The notes beneath the pieces are model-generated. The model worked only from the letters and a program-made list of their open reading frames with translations. It was not told the origin of the DNA and made no database searches. From assembly GCA_945787125.1 (NCBI GenBank), contig CALZHW010000001.1, positions 8,323 to 72,322 on the forward strand: DNA of 64,000 nucleotides, written 5' to 3'. The position numbers and the translations under genes are program-made. Source of the stretch: an uncultured Ectothiorhodospiraceae bacterium (GTDB lineage Bacteria > Pseudomonadota > Gammaproteobacteria > S012-40). Below, piece by piece: positions 58,379-64,000 of the stretch (position 1 is the first letter of the stretch; each line of letters begins with the position of its first letter).

Positions 58379-59956
58379 GTGCTGTTCAACTCCTATATAT
58401 TCATTTTTGCTTTTCTTCCTGCAACTTTTCTCGTCTATTTTTTATTGGCTCGATACAGAGGAGGTGAAGCCGCTATCGGCTTCCTTGTCATTGCATCGTT
58501 GTTCTTTTATGGGTGGTGGAACCCCATCTATCTCGTATTAATACTGTGCTCCATTGGCGTCAACTATTTTGTTGGTGAAACCATCTCGAAAATTTGTAAA
58601 CAAAAAAACATCCTGCGAGCAAAAGTGCTACTTATTGTTGGAATTGTTTTCAATCTCGGGCTGCTCGCCTATTTCAAGTACGCAAATTTTTTCGTAGAAA
58701 ACGCTAATGCCGTACTGGAAACCAACATTCATCTCAATCAAATTATCTTGCCATTAGCCATTTCATTTTTTACTTTTCAGCAGATTGCCTACTTAGTAGA
58801 CGCCTACAAAGGAATAACTGAAGAGTTTAGGTTCATTCACTATGCTCTATTTGTCACCTTTTTCCCCCAGCTTATTGCGGGGCCTATAGTGCATCACAAA
58901 GAAATGTTGCCGCAATTTATGCGATTGGAAAACATGAAGCCGCAACTGGAAAATATTGTGATTGGCATAAGCATATTTTCTCTCGGCCTGTTCAAAAAGG
59001 TCGTGCTTGCTGATGGAATTGCGCAATACTCTACTCCGATATTTGATGCCGCAGCGTCTGGCGAAACTCTGACTTTTTTTGCTGCGTGGGGAGGCGCACT
59101 GGCTTATACCTTTCAATTATATTTTGATTTTTCCGGTTATTCTGATATGGCAATCGGGATAGCAAGAGTATTCGGTATTCGCTTACCACTAAATTTTGCG
59201 TCGCCCTACAAATCATTAAGCATTGTTGAGTTCTGGCGTCGTTGGCACATCACCTTATCGCGCTTTCTACGCGACTATGTTTACATTGCACTAGGCGGAA
59301 ACCGCAAAGGTAATGTACGTCGTTATACAAACCTGCTGACGACCATGTTGCTGGGCGGCTTATGGCACGGAGCAGGTTGGACCTTCGTATTATGGGGCGG
59401 ACTGCACGGCCTGTATCTGGTGATTAATCATATTTGGAGTCACATAAAAATACGCTTAAATCTGCAATGGCTTGATGGCTTTCGGGGTTGGCACTTTTTC
59501 AGCTGGCTGTTAACTTTCGTATCCGTCGTCAATGCTTGGGTCTTCTTTCGCGCCGAGAGCCTGAGCGCCGCACTTGAGATTATAAAAGGAATGTACGGTT
59601 TCAATGGCATTGCTATCCCGAATGCGATTTACACGCGACTCGGCAGCATGCAAGGCATACTCAATGAAGTCGGTATTAACAGTTATATAGGTGGTGGCGC
59701 TCAGTTTGTATTCACCTACTTGTGGATAGCGGTACTATTGCTCGTGGTAGTGATAATGCCAAATACACAGCAGATCATGAAAGGTTATTTACAAATTAAC
59801 GCCAAACAAGGTAATGCTCTGTTCGATGAAGGCATCGCTTCGCGCTTGATGACATTCAGGTTTAATGTCGCTTGGGCATTATTGATGGCAGGAGTGATGG
59901 TGATAGCGCTGTTTGGACTCTCCCGCGTTTCTGAATTTTTATATTTCCAATTTTAA
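58379..59956 (+). CDS. MBOAT-family membrane-bound O-acyltransferase (AlgI/DltB-like)
   Basis: 525 aa polytopic. Conserved MBOAT histidine region (WRRWHITLSRFLRDYVYIALGGNRKG) and LWHGAGW motif. Confidence 0.8.
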   Translation: MLFNSYIFIFAFLPATFLVYFLLARYRGGEAAIGFLVIASLFFYGWWNPIYLVLILCSIGVNYFVGETISKICKQKNILRAKVLLIVGIVFNLGLLAYFKYANFFVENANAVLETNIHLNQIILPLAISFFTFQQIAYLVDAYKGITEEFRFIHYALFVTFFPQLIAGPIVHHKEMLPQFMRLENMKPQLENIVIGISIFSLGLFKKVVLADGIAQYSTPIFDAAASGETLTFFAAWGGALAYTFQLYFDFSGYSDMAIGIARVFGIRLPLNFASPYKSLSIVEFWRRWHITLSRFLRDYVYIALGGNRKGNVRRYTNLLTTMLLGGLWHGAGWTFVLWGGLHGLYLVINHIWSHIKIRLNLQWLDGFRGWHFFSWLLTFVSVVNAWVFFRAESLSAALEIIKGMYGFNGIAIPNAIYTRLGSMQGILNEVGINSYIGGGAQFVFTYLWIAVLLLVVVIMPNTQQIMKGYLQINAKQGNALFDEGIASRLMTFRFNVAWALLMAGVMVIALFGLSRVSEFLYFQF

Positions 59957-59960
59957 TCAA

Positions 59961-61181
59961 ATGCCGATAAAAAAATATCTCTATCTTTATATTGCGCTAC
60001 TGTTAACAGTAGCATCATTGTTGGCGGCATTTAATGCGATTGTTGACCCGTATATGCTATTCCACACAGAGCGCATATCAAACTTTAACGATAAAAAACC
60101 TGCATTAATCAATCGAGCCCAGCTATATAAACCCTACAGCGTCGTAAAGGTTGCTCCACAGACAATTATAGTCGGCAATTCACGCCCCGAAATGGGGCTT
60201 GATCCCCGCTCAACATGCTGGTTACCCGAACATGGCACGGTCTACAGCCTAACATTTCCCGGCTTAAGTGCTTATGGGCAGACGCGCGCATTGTTTCATG
60301 GCATGGCAAGTGGCAACGTTAAACACGCATTATTAGGATTGGACTTCGCCGATGCACTCTATCGTAGGGGGCAATTCGTTAAGGAGGTAACATGGCCAGC
60401 CAAGAGCACAGAATTTTTCGATCGACTACTCGTAGATGAACAGGACAAAGAAAATCCACGTCAATGGCTAGCCAAGGTAAAAGATACATTTATGGCTCTA
60501 TTCTCGTTGGATACACTCTTTGATAGCCTATATACCGTCGCCTTCCAATCACCAAACAGCCCTGACCGAACACCACTGGGTTTTAATCCTGCCATGGATT
60601 ACGTTGATATAGTTCGTCATGAGGGTGAATGGGTTTTATTTAGTCAAAAACTCGATGAACTGGAATCGCGCTTTTCAAAAGTCGGACTAAGTATTTTCGA
60701 TACAGTAGGGCATTGGTCGATTGAGCTGGAAGGACTAAGACGAGCAATAGAGTTAGCCGTACAACGCGACATTCATTTAACGCTATTTATCAACCCCTAT
60801 CACTACACCTACTTGGAAAGCATTCGTGATGCAGGGTATTGGGATGAGTTCGAGCAATTCAAACGCAGCCTGAAAGACTTGGTTGATGACTATGCCGGTG
60901 GTAAAGTCGAACTTTGGGATTTTTCCCTCTATTCATCGTACACAGTATCACCAGTACCACTAAAAGGTAGTGCAAACGTATTTAACTGGTTTTGGGAACC
61001 TGCCCATTATAAGGCGGCGCTTGGAGATATTATGTTAGCTGAATTATTTGGAAAGCAATGTGTTCCCGAAAAAAATGAAACTCCTCTGGGAGTCCGCCTG
61101 AATGAAGTGGATATTGGAATTCATCTCCGCAATCAAAATGAGAAACGTGTGGCGTTGTTAAAAGATGTTGTAAATCAATAA
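59961..61181 (+). CDS. hypothetical membrane-anchored protein, possible MBOAT partner (AlgJ/DltD-like role)
   Basis: Start moved to ATG at 59961 (MPIKKYLYLYIALLLTVASLLAAF signal-anchor) so it follows the MBOAT stop. The call rests on position directly after an MBOAT gene. No firm motif. Confidence 0.35.
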   Translation: MPIKKYLYLYIALLLTVASLLAAFNAIVDPYMLFHTERISNFNDKKPALINRAQLYKPYSVVKVAPQTIIVGNSRPEMGLDPRSTCWLPEHGTVYSLTFPGLSAYGQTRALFHGMASGNVKHALLGLDFADALYRRGQFVKEVTWPAKSTEFFDRLLVDEQDKENPRQWLAKVKDTFMALFSLDTLFDSLYTVAFQSPNSPDRTPLGFNPAMDYVDIVRHEGEWVLFSQKLDELESRFSKVGLSIFDTVGHWSIELEGLRRAIELAVQRDIHLTLFINPYHYTYLESIRDAGYWDEFEQFKRSLKDLVDDYAGGKVELWDFSLYSSYTVSPVPLKGSANVFNWFWEPAHYKAALGDIMLAELFGKQCVPEKNETPLGVRLNEVDIGIHLRNQNEKRVALLKDVVNQ

Positions 61182-61218
61182 TGAATTCTTCTTTTAATGT
61201 TTTATTACTCATATTTAG

Positions 61219-61405
61219 CTCACAATCGGAGTTTAAATATTTTTCTCATAATCAACGCGCGTAGCGGCAAAACCTTATCGAGAGTGTTCGGCATGGATGC
61301 CACCCCAAGCCTACAGGGATGTATTCACGGCGTCTCTCGGTAAGGTTTTGCCGCTACGGGTGCTGGAAGGTGGTACTTTTGTAACTTTGAACTCCGAAAC
61401 TTGAG
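61219..61405. repeat. Family-A MITE-like element
   Basis: ctcacaatcggagtttaaatatttttctcataatcaacgcgcgtagcggcaaaaccttatcgagagtgttcggcatggatgcc...ggtggtacttttgtaactttgaactccgaaacttgag. Confidence 0.8.
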
Positions 61406-61625
61406 ATTTAACTAACTGCAATGCGCATTTTTCGATCGACAGAAGCGAATCGCCGCAGCTACTCGCTGAAAAATGTCGAAAATGTGCGCAAAATAGATCT
61501 TACATACTCGAACAGGCTCACAGGAGCCTCACTCTCAATCGTGCTCTCCAGACCTAATAGACTCCTAGCATAAAAAACCAGGATCTGATATTTTTAACTG
61601 CTCACTGAATGAAGAAGCAAAAACA

Positions 61626-62831
61626 ATGAAACTCTTAGCGAATAAACCGATTTTCATTCTCATAACAAGCGCTTTATTTGGCGTGCCCATTGCGGCTGTT
61701 GTCTTTTTTGTGCTCGGCTTTTATCAGCCCAATGTTGTCACCGACGAAACGGTTAATATAGATACTTCCCATCTGAATCCTCAACTGCTCGCGATTCAAC
61801 CGAATCAGTGGATAAAATTAACAAGCCCCTGGTCCCTGCCCTGGACTCGACAGGCACACGCGGGCTCGGCGTTTAATGCCCAACAAGGCAGCTTATTGCT
61901 ATTCGGATCAGACACTCACAACACCAACTGGGATAACAGCGTTCATGAATTTGATCCTGCAAGAGAAAAATGGACGACTCATCAGATCACCAGCGACCAT
62001 GAAAGCTATCGAGTGGATGCAAATAATCGAGCCATTGCTGGCAAAAACGATATCGCCCCCTGGGCCATGCATACATTTGATAACATTGTTTATGACCCTA
62101 AAAATAATACCCTATTCATAGTGGCTAGCCCTGAGCACAACCCCAAAAATAAAGAATTCGAAAACATTATTCATCCAATGTGGATCTACAATCTTAATAC
62201 ACATCAATGGAAAATATTTGAAAACAACGGTAAACCCTATCCAAATTTATTTGCCGGTGCTACCGAATATGACCCTGATCGAGACACCATTGTCGCCTAT
62301 AAATCTGGCATCTGGGAGTTAGGCCCAGAGAGAAAAGAGTGGATCAACGCTACCGAAGAAAACCACCACAACATGCACTACAATATGGAATATGATAAAA
62401 ATAATAAAATATTTGTCGTGTTTGGTAATAGCGAATCAGATGCTTTCCTTTGGTCATATAAGCCAGGTTTTATCGCCGGTGAAAAAGGCACCTGGACGCA
62501 ACATCAACCCAGTGGAGAGCTTCCGCCGCAAGATCAGCATTTTCCTGCGGCTTATGACGAAGAGAATAATGTGTTCCTCCTGCTTCCACGGAATCTAAAA
62601 ATAAATACGACGTCTAATCCACTGACAAACGGGGTCAGCAACACTTACATCTACAACTTCACGCAGAATCAGTACACTAAACTGCCACACACAGAATTAG
62701 AAATTCACGTAATGAACTATATGATGGAATACGATACCCGCCACAACGTTTTCCTTCTCGTCACTGAAGATGAAAGCGTACGCCCTGCTGTTTTTGCCTT
62801 TAAACTTATCCTTGAGAATCCTGATTCGTAA
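61626..62831 (+). CDS. hypothetical membrane-anchored protein, probable beta-propeller-like repeats
   Basis: 401 aa, N-terminal TM helix. Repeated YDP/W-rich segments suggest a Kelch-like propeller. No specific family recognised. Confidence 0.35.
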   Translation: MKLLANKPIFILITSALFGVPIAAVVFFVLGFYQPNVVTDETVNIDTSHLNPQLLAIQPNQWIKLTSPWSLPWTRQAHAGSAFNAQQGSLLLFGSDTHNTNWDNSVHEFDPAREKWTTHQITSDHESYRVDANNRAIAGKNDIAPWAMHTFDNIVYDPKNNTLFIVASPEHNPKNKEFENIIHPMWIYNLNTHQWKIFENNGKPYPNLFAGATEYDPDRDTIVAYKSGIWELGPERKEWINATEENHHNMHYNMEYDKNNKIFVVFGNSESDAFLWSYKPGFIAGEKGTWTQHQPSGELPPQDQHFPAAYDEENNVFLLLPRNLKINTTSNPLTNGVSNTYIYNFTQNQYTKLPHTELEIHVMNYMMEYDTRHNVFLLVTEDESVRPAVFAFKLILENPDS

Positions 62832-62859
62832 TAGGAACCTGTCCGAACTATTTACGAAA

Positions 62860-64000
62860 ATGCTAAAAAGAAATGGCGCGTTGCGACTAATGATTACAGA
62901 ATTTCGAAACTATGTGCTTTTGTGTGTGCTTTTTTTCTTTTTACCAACTGCAGCTCAATCTGCGCCCAAAAATATCGCCGAGTTATTCCAAGGCGATAGT
63001 TTTCTTTTCAGCATAATATTATTAGCAGGATTCACCGTTTTATTCTTGGGTGCCGCAAGAATTCTCGGCAATGTTATTCTCGACAAACAAAAAGCCGCTT
63101 ATATCGCCCCACTTTGGCTTTTACTTTTTTTATCGTTGAACTGGATTTTACTACGCGATGCCGTTCCTGCTGAAAGCCTGCACGACATACTTGGCTCACC
63201 CGTCAAAAACTGGCTTTGGGAGTGGGAATATCTTTATCGATTCACCGCGCTTTTTGCCTGGTTTATCATGTGTTTCACCACATCTGTGCTTATTGCTGAA
63301 TCAGTGCTGGCTAACAAAAAACCTTCTCGCACTTCATTACTCGCCTATTGCTCACTGTTTATTGCGTGTTTTTGCTATTTCCATTACGTCACGGTAATTG
63401 ATGCAGCAACTGATAACTTAACTGAATTAATGGAGGACAATGGCTCCATACAAACATCCCTATATTTGACGCTTGGCTTTATCTTTGCGGGATTAGGAGC
63501 TGCTGCCATCAATTCCTCTAGATCTCGCGACCACGGGATAGCCAGCATCATTTTACTGATTATTTTTAGCTTTATGTTTTCCAGCTTGTTTATATGGCTG
63601 GGAGCTGAGAACAATGTCGAGAAATACGGACAATCATTTCACGCGCTACAGTTTCTGATCTTAGGCGATCGGTCTCTTGATTTGTCCATCTTCCACATTT
63701 TAATTCTCTATACTGCATTATATATTGCCCTCAACATGATAATGCTCGGCTGCTTTAAACTGATGAACCTGCTTCAGGTAAAAGCTCAACCAAGATTGGG
63801 GCAGCAAAATGTTTTGGTTAAACTGCCGCAAAATCGTGACTTTTGGCTTTTTTCAGCATACACCGCCTTTATTTTTTATGGAACGCTATTTTCTACGACA
63901 GAATGGGTAAAAAGTTCCGACTTCACTTTCAGCAATATTCTAAGCATTTGGCAGAATGACTTATCGCCGCTAGATATATTGGTTAATCTTGCTGTCTATG
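62860..64000 (+). CDS. hypothetical polytopic membrane protein (3' end beyond window)
   Basis: Frame is open from ATG at 62860 to the window end (not in the supplied track because no stop codon was reached). Translation MLKRNGALRLMITEFRNYVLLCVLFFFLPTAAQSAP... has a signal peptide and multiple hydrophobic helices. Confidence 0.4.
   Translation, partial: MLKRNGALRLMITEFRNYVLLCVLFFFLPTAAQSAPKNIAELFQGDSFLFSIILLAGFTVLFLGAARILGNVILDKQKAAYIAPLWLLLFLSLNWILLRDAVPAESLHDILGSPVKNWLWEWEYLYRFTALFAWFIMCFTTSVLIAESVLANKKPSRTSLLAYCSLFIACFCYFHYVTVIDAATDNLTELMEDNGSIQTSLYLTLGFIFAGLGAAAINSSRSRDHGIASIILLIIFSFMFSSLFIWLGAENNVEKYGQSFHALQFLILGDRSLDLSIFHILILYTALYIALNMIMLGCFKLMNLLQVKAQPRLGQQNVLVKLPQNRDFWLFSAYTAFIFYGTLFSTTEWVKSSDFTFSNILSIWQNDLSPLDILVNLAVY

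Noticed and set aside
1-64000. rRNA, tRNA and tmRNA genes
   Set aside because: None were recognised. No cloverleaf-compatible segments with conserved T-loop (GTTCRA) and anticodon-arm context were seen in intergenic regions, which are instead occupied by the repeat families.

Overview
This 64-kb window reads as a polar-flagellum regulon of a gammaproteobacterium with Vibrio/Pseudomonas-like gene organisation, plus neighbouring housekeeping and surface-glycan genes. Minus strand: fleQ-fleS-fleR master regulators (fleR runs off the window start), fliD-fliS-fliT, two tandem flagellin genes, flgBCDEFGHIJKL, cheV-cheR. Plus strand: flgA-flgM-flgN. Between fleQ and fliT lies a plus-strand island of three tandem, translationally coupled TPR + GT9-like glycosyltransferase paralogs followed by a GT-A-like gene, probably a flagellin glycosylation island. 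Downstream regions carry: a radical-SAM/Cys-rich (ArsS-like) + GT2 + DUF2064 cassette; an ECF sigma/anti-sigma pair; fused sat/cysC; grxD; hyuB-asnB; sodB; argD-argF; an orphan ABC ATPase; cytochrome c4; a PqqD-like/HPr-kinase-related/nucleotidyltransferase cluster with a Tat-secreted protein (candidate RiPP-like peptide-modification system); rmlACDB; an MBOAT acyltransferase with a partner gene. The whole window is invaded by about 13 copies or fragments of a ~195-bp palindromic MITE-like element (family A) that generate spurious conserved ORFs. There are two further repeat families (B: 162-bp MITE with 17-bp TIRs; C: hairpins in flagellar intergenics) and nested palindromes between sodB and argD. 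Sigma-54 (-24/-12) promoters are evident upstream of flgB, fliD, flagellin-2 and possibly flgF and flgA. Sigma-28-like promoters are seen upstream of flgM and flagellin-1. No rRNA, tRNA or CRISPR arrays were found. All product calls rest on reading the translated ORFs for family-specific motifs, not on database searches.
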